Assembly: GCA_047495785.1 (NCBI GenBank)
Contig: JBLDXI010000008.1
Coordinates: 1-64,000 of the forward strand
Length of the DNA stretch: 64,000 nucleotides
Reading direction: 5' to 3'
From: Lepidodermella squamata
Taxonomy: Eukaryota; Animalia; Gastrotricha
Shown here one piece after another: positions 22,460 through 35,184 of the stretch. The stretch's first letter is position 1. Every line of letters begins with the position of its first letter. The notes beneath the pieces were generated by a model. The model worked only from the letters and a program-made list of their open reading frames with translations. It was not told the DNA's origin and made no database searches. The position numbers and the translations under genes are program-made.

Positions 22460-22552
22460 ACTGCCCTACATATAAGAAAGTGCCTCTAACCAGGGTGTTT
22501 TTAACCAGGGTGTTTTGATCGATGGAGTACTTTTGCTCAGACTCTACTAATA

Positions 22553-23303
22553 TAAAGTATGCGTAATATTTTTTTTGCCTCGCATTTTTTCAATGACTTT
22601 TCAACCATGAGGAATGTTTTGAAATGGTTTTCACCAGTCGATAGATCTAGTCTGCGGTAAACTGTCCTCAAATTCTCATTTGAATTGGGTGTGAGAGAGA
22701 AAATTGGTGACGAAAATTCTGTCCGCGATTTTTATTGAAAATTCTCATTTTTGAAAAATGGCATTTTACAGGATTTGAGGTTGGAAGACATCATCCTGTT
22801 GAAAGGCTTTATCGGAATTTTTTAGCAGCGAATTAGGTCAATAACGCGCCGTCAACAAGGAAATTCGACTTAGCGGCGACAAAGAAGGTCTTATCCACCA
22901 ACCGCGATCCGAAAGAATTTTCAGAATTTTTTGAATGATTTGTGCCAATTTTATGAAGCCTTCAGTTTTGGATAGTTGTACAATGTTTTTTCGGGAATCG
23001 GTGACGTAGATCCATTACGGACCATCCTCTCAAAAAAACGTGAAGCCTCTGGCGAAAGAGACAATCAATTCAGACCAAATAAGATGCAAAAATAGCATTT
23101 TTCAAAAATGACAATTTTGAATAAAAATCGCGGACAGAATTTTCGTCACCAATTTTTTCTCTCGCACCCAATTCTAATGAAAATTTGAGGAAAGTTTACC
23201 GCAGACTAGATCTATCGACTGGTGAAAACCATTTCAAAATATTCCTCATGGTTGAAAAGTCATTGAAAAAATGCGAGGCAAAAAAAATATTACGCATACT
23301 TTA
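22553..23303. mobile_element. MITE with ~215-bp terminal inverted repeats
   Basis: TAAAGTATGCGTAATATTTT...GATAGATCTAGTCTGCGGTAAACT... (22553-~22767) mirrored at ~23089-23303. Confidence 0.9.
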
Positions 23304-23465
23304 GAAGTAATTTTGAAAAATAATTAAGAATTCGCAAAAACGTATTTTGAAAAAGGAAAAAAATTGAATACGAATTTGTATGGCTAGAAATTCAATTTCG
23401 GGAATTTAGAAATTGAAATAGATCCTGAGTGTACAATGAGGTCATAGCGTACCTTGTTTTAATTT

Positions 23466-23590
23466 AGAGAGCGAAGTAGGGATCATCACAACATATTAGC
23501 TAGTCCGTACCGTCATTGAAATCAAAGGGTAACTTATCTCATGTCGATTGTCCTTATACTTGCCAGTTCACTTGTCCTACTTCGCTCTCT
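23466..23590. mobile_element. 125-bp MITE (second, interrupted copy ~23865-24154)
   Basis: 15-bp TIR AGAGAGCGAAGTAGG / CCTACTTCGCTCTCT. Confidence 0.7.
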
Positions 23591-23962
23591 GGTTTACGCT
23601 CTCAAAGACATGTTCAAATAAAACAGTGCCTGAATGCTAAATGGGAAAGCAGATATCGCAGAAATTAACGTGAATGCGTTGCGAATAGAACGCGTAATGT
23701 CTGTTCATTGTTTCGCCTGGCACTCTCAAAGACATCGTTTCAAAAAATGCATTGCCTCGCGTGCAAAAGGCAGAGCGGCTCTCACAGAAACATGAATGTG
23801 TTGCGGATAGAACGCGTCATGTCTGTTCATGGTTCACGCCAAAAAGCGAGGTACCGCTGTAGATGGTAGGGACCATCACAACACAGTTAGTCCGCACGTT
23901 CATATGAAGCCATGACTAAAGAGAAGACCCTTATGTCGATTCTCCGTATCCTTACCAGCTCG

Positions 23963-24119
23963 CAGGTTTCCGATTACAGGGGGGAAGGGGGGAAAACGAC
24001 CACCTTCGAAAATTTTCGAATTCTGCGAAAAAACATAAGGGTCCCCCTTATGATGTGCTCATTTTAGGCTCAAAAATGCCCGATTAGCCCCCTGAGGGCG
24101 GGACCAAGTCGGACCACAG
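23963..24119. mobile_element. hAT-type MITE, copy 2, nested in the 125-bp MITE family
   Basis: Similar to 20897-21052; near-perfect TSD CCAGCTCG / CCAGTTCG. Confidence 0.75.
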
Positions 24120-25375
24120 CCAGTTCGCCTGTCCCACGTCCCACTTCGCTCTCCGATTTCAGGAAATGGGAAATATGATCGGAATGAGGAACAGTTGGGC
24201 TAACATTGTATTCCAGAAATTTAAGCTATCTAAATAATTTAAATTTAGTGCCGATATATATTTAGAGTGGGATTCGTTTTTATCAGGTAAACAAATGCAT
24301 GGTCAAAGCTTTCCAGGGATGGTCAAATGGGCGGGGGAATAAGCTTGACCATTGAGCAACAATTCCATAGTGAAAAAATATGCTTACCATTGTTTTTTTC
24401 AGTAGCGCCTTCGTTTTCGCCGGGTTCTTATCCTACTGCAGCAGGCGATTGTTTAGCAGTGCCGGGCACGGGCGCCGCTGTTCTCGCCTCCTGACCCGCA
24501 TTATTAGCCTGTTTGTTTTTCTCCATCGCATCCGGGTCTTCACTCGCCTTGCTGCCGCTATCTAACGAAGGCGGTTCAGGCGTTTGCTGCTCGTTATTAG
24601 ACGTTAGGTTTTTTATAAATTTGATAAATTTGCTCATCGCGAACAGCTGTGTGTCTGTTTTAGATTTAGCCTGTCGGTATAGGTTTTTTTCGCTCCAGAA
24701 AAGCAGTATCGTTTATCGCTTTTTCTAGTATTGCTGTCGAGTGCTTAAAAATGTGTGTATGTAGTACTGATCTTATACCTGTTCTGGAGGCGAAAAACCG
24801 CGTAATGTATATACATAGAGAGTGCGCATAAGGATGCTCCTTATTAATGTTTTTTCGGCATGCCGCCTAGCAGACGATTGCTTTTATTAGGTAGCCAACC
24901 GGTGCGTTGGCTGTGTAATGGACAGCGCCTGCTGCGGGCGTAATGTGCTCGTACTGTTTTTTCTTCCTTGCAGCAGCGGCCGGTAATTGTTTATCACTTG
25001 CAATAAACGCGCCCCGTTCGAGTGTGTATGCTGAGTTGCGCTACCGTTTTCCGTGCCCAAAATACAAGCCCAAAAGCGGTATACGCTAATTGCAGCAGAA
25101 ATAAGAATGAACGCAGAACATTCGTTTTGGTTGCGATAGATATTGTAGCGCAGGAGAAATTAAAAATGAAGTGGATCTCTGTCAATCATTTTCAGAGCCT
25201 GAGATTGTGGCGATCAGTCCTGTCCTCACGTTTAAAGAGTTAAAGTCCTGAGAAAATGACTGGAATATAGGCCATATATCAGTTGTTTCAATGGATACTT
25301 AAGATGAAAGTTTATTTCAGAGCAATATAGCCTATAAAGTTAGGTTTAGTAAGATTGATTATGCCAATTCATCTT

Positions 25376-25827
25376 TCAACATTGGCGGACGCATACAGGA
25401 GAAGTCTTGCCTTGTGGAATAGTACATGTGCTGTATTGGGAGGAAAAAACACCATGATTGAAACGCAAGAATAGCCCGAACTTGGGATGAAATTACCTTC
25501 CCGGGCAGCATGGCTTCTGGTCATCACCCTGAGTGCACGGCTGGCCAACGTAGATGCAGTTCAAAATGTGGTGATGCAACATGCTGCCCTGGCAAACGCC
25601 CCCGTTCATTTGCTTTTGACACACCCTGAAAATCGAAACAATTGAATTCGGTTGATCAAAGACAGCAGTTGAATATATTACAGCCCCGAGCAGCATTGGT
25701 CAGATTTGTTAGGATCAGACGGGTCGCAGTGTTCGCCCATTAGACCACAGCTGTGCCCATCGCAAACGCTTTGAACAGCAACGACAGCGCAGAATAACGC
25801 TAAGGCAACGGCAAGAACTGACTTCAT
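25376..25827 (-). CDS. Secreted 109-aa double inhibitor-cystine-knot (knottin-like) peptide; exons 25827-25682, 25625-25497, 25430-25376
   Basis: Signal peptide MKSVLAVALALFCAVVAVQS; two C-C-CC-C-C frameworks; canonical GT-AG introns keep the frame; AATAAA at 25316-25311. Confidence 0.85.
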
Positions 25828-26169
25828 TTGTATATTCAAGAGTGTTCGAGATGAAAAGAACAATATTGAGGCTGTTTTTTTTAGGTCTGCAGCTCTCGCG
25901 ATAAGTTTGCGTTCATTTATCGCGCCTTTCATTGATAACAATCAATTAGCCTGGGAAAACGTGCTGTGCAGCACCAAGGTCATGGGCAAGGTTAGACCAT
26001 TCAGACTCGCCGAAATATTGAAAATGCCACGCCCCCAGCTAAAACAGGGAGAGAACTCTTCGTAAACATGTTTTTATTTAGTTGAATCGTGATTGGCTAT
26101 TGTGTTGTATGAATACATGGAACTAGGCTTTATGGAAATCAAGGAAATTGAATTTTTTGAAATTTCATT

Positions 26170-26620
26170 GAGACCTTGAATAAGCAGAACCGACGCTTCC
26201 TACGTTTCACGTTTCATGGCAGAAGCTGCTTTCAGGTTTCGCATCCAGGATCCAAGCAATGGGTTTGTTTAGAATTTCTCTGAGACAGCAAGCCATGAAC
26301 AGTCATGACGCGTTCTGGTTCAATAAATGCTCTGAATTTTATTTTGAAAGCGTGAAAAATGGGAACAGACACGACGCGTTCTCTCTGCAACGCATTCTTT
26401 TTTCTGTGAGAACAACTTTCACGTTTCGCATAGAGGCAATGAATTTTTTCAAATTCTTTGAGAGCGTAAACAATGAACAGACACGACATGTCCTATGATG
26501 TACATTCACTTTTCTGTAAAGGCCACTTACACGATTCGTATCAAAGCATTGCATTTTTTGACATTTCTTTCAGAACATGAGGCAGGAAAAGACACGACGC
26601 GTTCTCTCCGAAACACATTG
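26170..26620. repeat. Degenerate tandem ~110-bp repeat family (also ~23600-23850 inverted, ~28990-29180, ~29690-29850)
   Basis: Recurrent AACAGACACGACGCGTTCTCTCTGCAACGCATT...TTCTGTGAGA...GAGCGTAAACAATG units. Confidence 0.7.
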
Positions 26621-29600
26621 GCAACAGCAGCAGCGTAGCTGCTACAGTAGCGCCGGGGGAACCCATTGTACACGTGAATTTCCGTGAATTTGATACTTTG
26701 ATTTGATAATACTCTGGGTGAGCTAAAAATAGCTACAAGAGAGCTAAAATTGTCTTCGACGCACTTGAAGGTGGAAGTCAGCCCTAAACTTGCATCATTT
26801 CAAACCAACAGCGGCGACGTTGTTAGAGACTTGTTTCACGCATAAAAATTTCGGCCTAATCAATCTTTGCAGCGGTAATGCTGCCGATCTTCGACCCAGT
26901 AATAGCAGAAACCTTTGGCTCCGATCGCTTTATTGTTTCGTGAGGTGGTATCGAAGCGGTCTGGAATAACCAGCGGGTTGGGTAAAGCTGGGCGCAGCTT
27001 GGACCATCACGTTCTGCGATTGAGCCACGGCTTGTGGCGTGGCTTGAATCTGCGCTTTTTCTTGTTGTAATTGCTGCCAGTGTTGAAAATGTTGCTACTG
27101 GTGCTGCTGCCATTGTCGGAATGACCAACTCGGATCAGGTGCGAATCCCAGAGGAAAGACCCCAACCTGGGGCGCGGCTATTGCTCGAGTAGTCGCATAG
27201 GGCTGAGGCGTTGCGAAGGCCTGAGGCGGCTTAGAAGACAGGTTTTGCCAAGAGCCTGTCGTGGCTGCTTTCGGAGTCGAAGACTCTCGCGGAGTAGCAT
27301 CATTTATCGAGGTTTCCAGGTAGGTCATGCTCGGCAACGACGATGAAACGCTGGAACTTTCCACGCTAGACGGCTCAGCAGCGGCCTTGCCATGCATTCT
27401 GGCCGTATGGATGTTAAGGATTGTAAGTCTTATTGCAAATATTGCAAAGCATTTTCACTGAATAAATCCGAAGAAATGGCTTCACGGCGATTTGGTTACC
27501 AACTTCTGTGTCATTGCAGTGCATTCGATCACCATTTTATTGGTGTAAACAAGCTTATCCCGTGATTTGGTACGAAAATGTCACCACTTTTGATTAGTTT
27601 ATTACGCGTACAGATTTGATACGAAATGGTTACTACTTTGGTATGAAATGGTCACAAACACGAATTTAGGGATGATATGAATTTGTATTGTTACGAAATA
27701 ACCACGTTATGAATTTGCGGGTACGAACTTACACTAAATCCATAGTCATACCAGACGGAAAGTATCAGCTGCTTCCGATCACCAAGTAACTTTGTTTTAG
27801 CAAACTCGTAAAATCGCGTTAAATTAAAATCACGGCAGATTTGGTTTATATGAGAGCACGGGAAATGCTCGGTAATAGCCGGCAAAATACGGTGAAAAAG
27901 AGAAACTTCATGGAAGAGTTCACGTGTTACGTGCTATTTCCTTATCACTTGGCTTCTTAATGTATGACGAGCCACTTGATGCAAATGCCACTCTCGGATG
28001 AGCTCGAAGAACGTAGAGAACGAGCTTCGATTTGCTTGTCGAAAGTTTGAACATTACTGAACGCTTATGGAATCCGCAACGCCTGGTAGACGGCGTCGCC
28101 CGCAACACCCTCGTTGGGATCGTAGGTAATGGAGTTGTGCGGGGCAGCTCGTTCAGAAACCGTGGGCTTCAATACTCCGGAGTCAACGATACATTTTCGT
28201 TGCTCTGAGACAACCATGGCGCATGGCGTCGCCGGGAGAGGTGTCCGCAACAGCCTTACTGTTTTCGCAGGGAGATACGGCGTTCTTCTCTACAGCAGTC
28301 GTCGAATACATGTGGCGTCCATTGGAGGTAAAAGGAATTCACGCTATCCGGAGTTCAATGTAAGCTAATTTTTCGTTTTTCTCCTCACAGGGCTCTCTTG
28401 GACCAAATTCGTTCGTCGATTTGAGCGTATTACAGCATGTCATTGAGTTCCAGGAGCATCACATCAACAAGGACGTATTTGGTATTTGATTTGAGAAAGC
28501 GGCGAGAAATACTTGTCGCTAAGATTTACGGCCCTCGACTTCCAGATTATCGATTCCTTTGATTCAGACGCTGATAAACTAGAGCTCTATTCACGCCACG
28601 CTTACACTATTCGAACATTCAGTGTTGGCAACGGCATGAACTTGGGGCGTTTGGCTACGGTTTACGGTTTGGTTCGTATCACGCTGGCTTGTATGATGTT
28701 CTTGTATGTTGTGAACGCTGTGCGAATTAAAAATCGCGAATCAAGAAGAAACTATTTTCCGCCCATGCACAAAGGTTTAAGCTTGGCAATTTAAGGTTCC
28801 AATGTCTAGTGGTTGGAATGACTTCTTTTCGGCTGTGGAGGGATGTAGGCGGGTCATAGGTTGCAATTGCACATTGCATTGCGATTGCATTCAGCCAAGT
28901 TACGGTATGCTTGGTGTGGGTGCACACCGGCGGCATACAAACAAACAAACAAAGTTTTCCACGACACAAACGGCGACAGTACGGGGGTTCCCCCGGCATT
29001 CTTCACGTTTCGCAACCCGCTATGTAATGAATTTCTAAATTTCTTGAAGACCGTAAACAATGAACAGACACGACGCGTTCTCTCTGCAACGCATTACCGT
29101 TTCTGTGAGAGCCACTATCACCTTTTGCATTCAGACAATGAATTTACTAAAAATTGTTTTGAAAGCGTAAACATTGAATTTGCCTTCGGTCTTTGACAGC
29201 TCACAGAAATTTCCTTAATATGAACATTTATTTGATGAAATGGTTCTCGAGTTTGCCATTTCTCAAGCACCTTCCATGCAAAGTTGATATCGACTGAAAC
29301 AGATTTTTTCAGATAAAGTTTCATTAATCTGACGAAATAAAACTGAAATGTCACAGGTCACAATATGGCATGTCACACGTGCTAAATTCGTTGGAATCGC
29401 AGGTGCGCTGCGAAAAGACGGGCTTATTTGACACCTCATGAAGAGTGCTTCGGTGAGTGCTCGAGTCCCAGTTGAACCATTTCTCTGATCTCAGACCCGC
29501 GTTTATGAATGATCGGTGCGAAATTAGCACAAAACACTGATACGACGAAGCAAAAAAGTCAGACGAAGACTCATTTTTAATGACACTCGTAAATCCTATT

Positions 29601-30022
29601 CGCAGGGGTACATTTTTAAGCTTACAAACACATCTTCCTTCACGTCGGACAGGCCGACAGACCGACGAAACGAAACAAGACCCACGGCAACGGGAGTTCC
29701 CTGTCTCAGACAGACAATGATTTGTCCGCAACGCATTCCTGTTTCTGTGAGAGCCGCTTTCACTTTTCGCATCAAGGCTATGCATTTTTGGAATTTCTTT
29801 AAGAGTTTAAATAATTAGCAAACAAGACACGTCCTCGAAGGTGTACATACACGTATACATTCACTAGGGGTGTCTTGCCCCCACCCTCACACGCAGTTTT
29901 AGAGGTCCAAGCATGAGGGCTCGAAGAAACAAGACGGGGACTTAACTTCATTGAAATTAACTTGAGCGCGTTGCAACAGCACAGAGGCGGAAGAATCTCA
30001 TTGGAAATCCCGAAAAATTCCA

Positions 30023-32625
30023 TCAAGCGTTGCGAAAGCCAGCAGGTGTTGGAGCAGGTGTTCGTCTCTTATCCACTAGCTGTAAATTAATTAAAAGAAA
30101 AACAAGATAGAAATCTATGGAAGTTGGAAATTTAGGAGTGTTACCAAATTTGAGAACGTATAAGTCGTGAACCAAACAAAGGCCATAGAAATTAACGACA
30201 TGATGGTAATCAAATTACTCGGTATCAGAAGTCCAAGAAGACCTGTGCCTCCCGCTGTAATCGCGATGCAAAATGATGCAAAAGATAGTTTTTTCTCAGC
30301 TTGGTTGATGAAAAATCGCTTCTACAAAAAATGCACCAAGTTTCTTAAATGATTGACGACAATTCTGATACATACCGTTTTGATTTTGAAGCTAAGGAAA
30401 ATCAGCTTCCAAGCAACAGCAGCAACTAACAAAATTACCGCCGTTTCTATGCCAATCGCAACATAGCTCGAGCCAAAAGCCAAATGACATTCGGTCAAAA
30501 ATGGCTGGTTGTAGATCGTTCCGTCACTGCTAGAAACGGGGAGGACCTTCTTGGCTAGATTCATTGGTCTAATCGCAAAAATCCAGACAGCAATCAATAG
30601 GATCTCAATTAGTGCTAACACTCTACTGAGAATGTTACGGCTCTTACTCTGGGCATTGACTATGCCCTGGAATTTTATGGTAATCGAAACAAATGTGACA
30701 AAAAACCCGACAGCGTAGCAAAACAACCTGGTATTGCAGGTCACTAGCGCGTCCCAGCCAGCCGTAGGATAAGGGATGGTGAAAAGCCCGGCTGTGATAA
30801 TCAAGTTACCACAAAACAGCCAAATTTCGCTCTCATAAACCTTTCCATCTAATCTCGGCGTAGATTTCAAGTATAAATGCTTCCTAACGAACCGGCGGAA
30901 TGAGGAAGGCGATGTTTTGACCGCGAATATTTTTATACCAATGAATACAAACTGATAGACTAGGGTAAGGCTAGCCATGGTCATCAAAGTGATATATTGA
31001 TCAATTCCGAGCTGAGCAGCTCGGTATTCGAAGTAGCGCTTCGAGTCGAAAGGCGCTGCGCCATCTTTCGTGGTCCACCTTAATCGATTATTGAAAATTT
31101 GAATCTCAGCGGAACTAATGTTGTAGATTGCTACAATTCGCGGCTGTCCAAGGACTAATACCCCATTTCGGTCTCGATGCGAGTCAAACCTACTCAGGGT
31201 GATTGGGACATATCCTCTCGTATTCATTCTCGTAACAGGGTCGAAGGAATACGAACCTTTCATCCCAGTCATGTTGATTGAATAAATACTATCCTTCATA
31301 ATGCTGATCAATTCAGGGTACGTTTCGCGGTTATCAGCAAAATCTGACAGAGTTCGATTTTGATTGATAAGGCCCTCCTCAGTTTTGTTAAGGAGAAGAC
31401 CCATGAATAGGACAACATCGTAAATTGTGAACCGATAGTAACCCCAGAAGCCACTTGTTTCTGGGTTTACTATTTTTCGTTTCATCTCCTCATCCCATTG
31501 AGACGCGGAAATACCGGAACTATCTCTATGCTGAGGCCCGACTACGTCAACTAGGGCTGAGTGGCCAAAAATCACAGCGTTAGCCATCACTTCGTTAATC
31601 ATACCGATTGTGCACCATGCCGATTGTTCTGCAGGCACGTAGCCATTAGGAAAGCTGTCCGACCAGTACCAGAACATTGGAACGTAATTAGGCCCGTACA
31701 TGCCGTAACGATGCAGCCAACAAGCTTTTCCCGACGCTCGATCTGCGTCCATCAGAAAAATTCTCGCATCATGTGCCTTCAATTCTTCAAATACAGGAAT
31801 CATATCGTTGTCAAATACAGCAGCATGCGATGACTTGCTTAGATGAATAACCGATATATTTCTCGTTTCAAGCATTGACAGTAGATATTTTTGAAGGCTG
31901 TCGTACAGCAGGAAACTCTCAGAAACAATAGCCACCCTTCGCCAGCTCATGGATCGGATGAACTCAACAGCTGCCAGGTGTCCAGCTTCAAATCGCTGGG
32001 CCAGGGCAAAGTGGTTACCAAAACGCTGCCTTTGATAGTACATTTCAGGAGAGAGCATTGACAACGTTAGGGCGAAATGATCGAAGTGCTTAGCCGATTC
32101 TGCGACTGTTCGAATCCCGACCGAGTCACAGGCCATGCTGACGAAAACCGGGAGGCGATTTAGGCCTGGTTTTATACCACGCATTCGAGAGAATGACTCC
32201 TCGATGGTCACATAGTCCATGCACTAGAGGTTCAAATTTAAGGCGGCTGCTGGAAAAATTGAAGTACTTACCTTATCGTCAAACATTTCTACAGCGAGTT
32301 CGTAATTGTCGAGGAAGTTGGGCATGCTTTTCAATCTATCCAGGGCCAGCTCAACAGCTTTAGTAGCGATAGGGCCAGTCGCCATTTCTCCCGCATAACT
32401 AACGCTCGCCATTATAGTAATAAGCTTTCTATGCCCCATTGTTGATAGGTTGTAGGTGGAGGCAACAGCATACGGCGGGAGTGGCTGAGCATCGAGACGA
32501 ACAAGCTGTTCCCTGGCAGTTGTTTCATTCATTGGAAGGATAATTTCTTGTTTCGCAGCTACAGCGAGAGCAAAATTCATAGTAAACGCAGACGTCATCA
32601 ACATAATACAAAAAATCCCGCTCAT
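30023..32625 (-). CDS. Divergent class C (GABA-B-like) GPCR: Venus-flytrap/ANF-receptor domain + multi-TM region
   Basis: Signal peptide; AVELALDRL..NFLDNYEL..FDDKC, WRRVAIV, ELKAHDARIF, MYGPNYV, YDVV; hydrophobic helices; short introns at ~32223-32271, ~30323-30375, ~30080-30145. Confidence 0.82.
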
Positions 32626-33042
32626 CGTTTCAAGATTTTGCTGAACTCAAATTTAATGGGTTGCGATGCAGTGAAATAGAAAGCAGGAAGGCATCGAGCG
32701 TTTCATATGACTCAACTTTCATTTCAGAGGTTGTTTCCAACTGCTTCCTTGCCGCCATTCCGTAGTAATGTTTCCGTTACGCAGACATCAATGTGATAGT
32801 TATCCGGTTGAGTGAAAATGAGCAAATCTGTTAAAGTTGTTGCTCTTAGGAAAGGAACAAGCGGAAACAAGCGATGAAATAACACGGATGCGTGGTTAGT
32901 TTGACACGATTTCGGGTTCGAATTGTTCATCGTTTCTTAGAAAATTATGAAAAATGTTTGCCGCAATAGGATTTGGGAATGTCGAGTCATTTCAAGCAAT
33001 ATAGGATATACACAAACAATTATGCCTTCAGTTCAGAAGCGA

Positions 33043-33522
33043 CTATTTATTGCTGATAATTATAAGCAGATTATAAGCGGCACAGCACTTGTCAAAGATG
33101 GTTGATGAAGAATTGCCATGCTTTTCACATTCAAGCGGATCAAAAGGCGAGCAGTCAAGGCTTTCATTATCGAGACCATCCAACCGAGTAATCTTGGGTT
33201 TCGACTTTGGATCGCTTAGGAAATACAGCAGAGCTACAAAAAACCAGCCGATGAACAACACCAATGAAGTGAATGATAGAGCAACAGCTAATATGTAGTT
33301 GAAATGCGGTTTGAGCCTCGCCTTATCGCTTCGGCAGGCGTGATACGTGACTGGAACGCAAAACCAGCAGAGAAGAGGCGAGAAAATTGACAAAATTGAT
33401 AGTAGAACAGCCCAGTATTTCAGATTGCTCCGTTTGATCTCCACAGAACTCAGCTCCTCAGCCTCCAATTCGACAATTACATCAGCACTCGAAGTTAAGG
33501 CGATACTTTGAGTTTCAGACAT
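33043..33522 (-). CDS. Small two-hydrophobic-segment membrane protein (weakly CD225/dispanin-like)
   Basis: 159-aa ATG ORF with two hydrophobic stretches and a Cys-rich C-terminus. Confidence 0.5.
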   Translation of the reverse strand: MSETQSIALTSSADVIVELEAEELSSVEIKRSNLKYWAVLLSILSIFSPLLCWFCVPVTYHACRSDKARLKPHFNYILAVALSFTSLVLFIGWFFVALLYFLSDPKSKPKITRLDGLDNESLDCSPFDPLECEKHGNSSSTIFDKCCAAYNLLIIISNK

Positions 33523-33727
33523 TGAAATAAAAGAATCATTTCTATTGCAGATTATTTCAAAAAAGAGAAGCTGATAATTTCGTTGATTTTGATTGAAAGT
33601 GACATTGGTACTTTTTTAGTGACACGGAATGGCCTAATATATGCGAGGTCAGGACGCGCGCCAATCCTTGCATTGCGCACTTTAATTCGCGCAACTCTTA
33701 TTAGGTCATCGCGCACTTGTAATTAAA

Positions 33728-35184
33728 ATGCTCACGCTTAAAATAGCCGCCTTTATAATTTCTATTGCAACATGCTTTCCCGCATTATTTTACCCGCATT
33801 TCTTAGCTAAGCAACCTGGGCTGCAGAAAATTCGATTAAAGCCGCCCAGCGAAAGTAGGTCGGACCTCATTTTTGACAAAATCTGCCGCCGTTTCACTAA
33901 TGATCATCTCTACCTACGCCACAAGTTGCCGCCTAGCTATTATGCAGTCGATGACCAGTTCATTCTTATCATAACTTTCAACTGGGACAATGCTTACTAC
34001 GTCGCGCCCGTACTACAACAACTATACGCTAAATTCTTCAAAGAAATATATTTTTGCGGAATTTCTAACACAACAGAATTTTTCGACCAATTATCGAAAT
34101 ATTTTGGGCAAGAAATCGCGGCTGATTTCACTGAACGATACATTGATTATGGGCAAAATCGGACTTTCATTGAAAAAGGATTAGGCGAAGGGCGGTTGAA
34201 ATGCGTGAATATGGCCTTGGACAGGACTACTGTGAATCTGCATGCGATAAAAGGAGTTTTCATCATCCAGGACGATGCGTTATTAAATGTGTGGAGAATT
34301 TTCGATAAAAACAGCCAGTTTGATTTCGAAAAAACCTCCGCCTACCCGTGGTTTGTTGTCTATGACGTGTTCACGAAGAAGAGTTGTAGCAGTGCGGAGC
34401 TGCGATTTATCGATTATCCAGTTGAAAACTACGAGTTGCAGCCAGGAAATTGCACATCAACAAACAACTGGTGGAAATTTCCGGACGTTTATCATCACGC
34501 TTCAACCAAGTTCTATCACGTAAGTCATTTTTTTAGTTGAGAAGCCTCTCTGAAATGAAGCGACACTTTTCCGTAGCAACCATTGCTATGGATATGTGAA
34601 AGGGAGTTTTTCTAACTACAGACGCTTTTTCATAGCAACGGTTGCTAAGGAAGGGAAAAAGACGCGTTTTCTTAGCAACGAAGCTTTGGAAACAAATTCA
34701 AACAGTAATTTGAGTCTTTTCTTCATAGGATTTGCGAAATTACAGCAACTTCAACGACCAATACTTAAGGAGAGCAACTGGTGGCGCTAGCCGTGTTTTG
34801 GCTGGTTTCGGCGATTTCGCCTATTTTACAATGAAACATCTTCAATCCTTACTCCCTGCCTTTGATTTATCATTCGAACACCAACTGTACGACGAAATCG
34901 CTTTACCAACCATTCTAAACAGCGTTCTTCCACCTGAGGAGCTCAATTTCATCTCACCCTATGGTTGGCAGTTTGAAAATCGATTTATTAGAAGAAAACT
35001 GCTACCATGGGAAGCGTTTGATTTGGAGAAAATGCTGGTTTTTCATCCTTTTAAAATGTCGAAATTTGTCGATTTCGCTTATCAATTAAATGCTGAATTC
35101 GATGGAAATGGCGTGACAGGAAGGCGGAACGGCTATATCAATGACTTATCACTATACTGTGTTTTAAGTTGGCTCTCAAATTAA
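33728..35184 (+). CDS. DUF288/STELLO-like putative glycosyltransferase, type II membrane (intron ~34520-34728)
   Basis: N-terminal anchor; ILIITFN...LQQLY..FF..I.FCG, GVFIIQDDALLNVW, EIALPTIL, FHPFK motifs. Confidence 0.65.

Noticed and set aside
24388-24637. Possible stop-codon readthrough or alternative code at TAA 24428-24430
   Set aside because: The readthrough frame gives the wrong splice phase for the next exon; all other genes use standard stops; 5' structure unresolved.
26170-26620. CRISPR-like array
   Set aside because: Eukaryotic context; units are degenerate along their whole length with no constant repeat/unique spacer pattern and no cas genes.
26856-28370. LTR-retrotransposon gag/protease remnant (IVDSG motif, Ser/Thr/Pro-rich ORFs)
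   Set aside because: Only a short motif; no RT, integrase or LTRs, and the order is not convincing.
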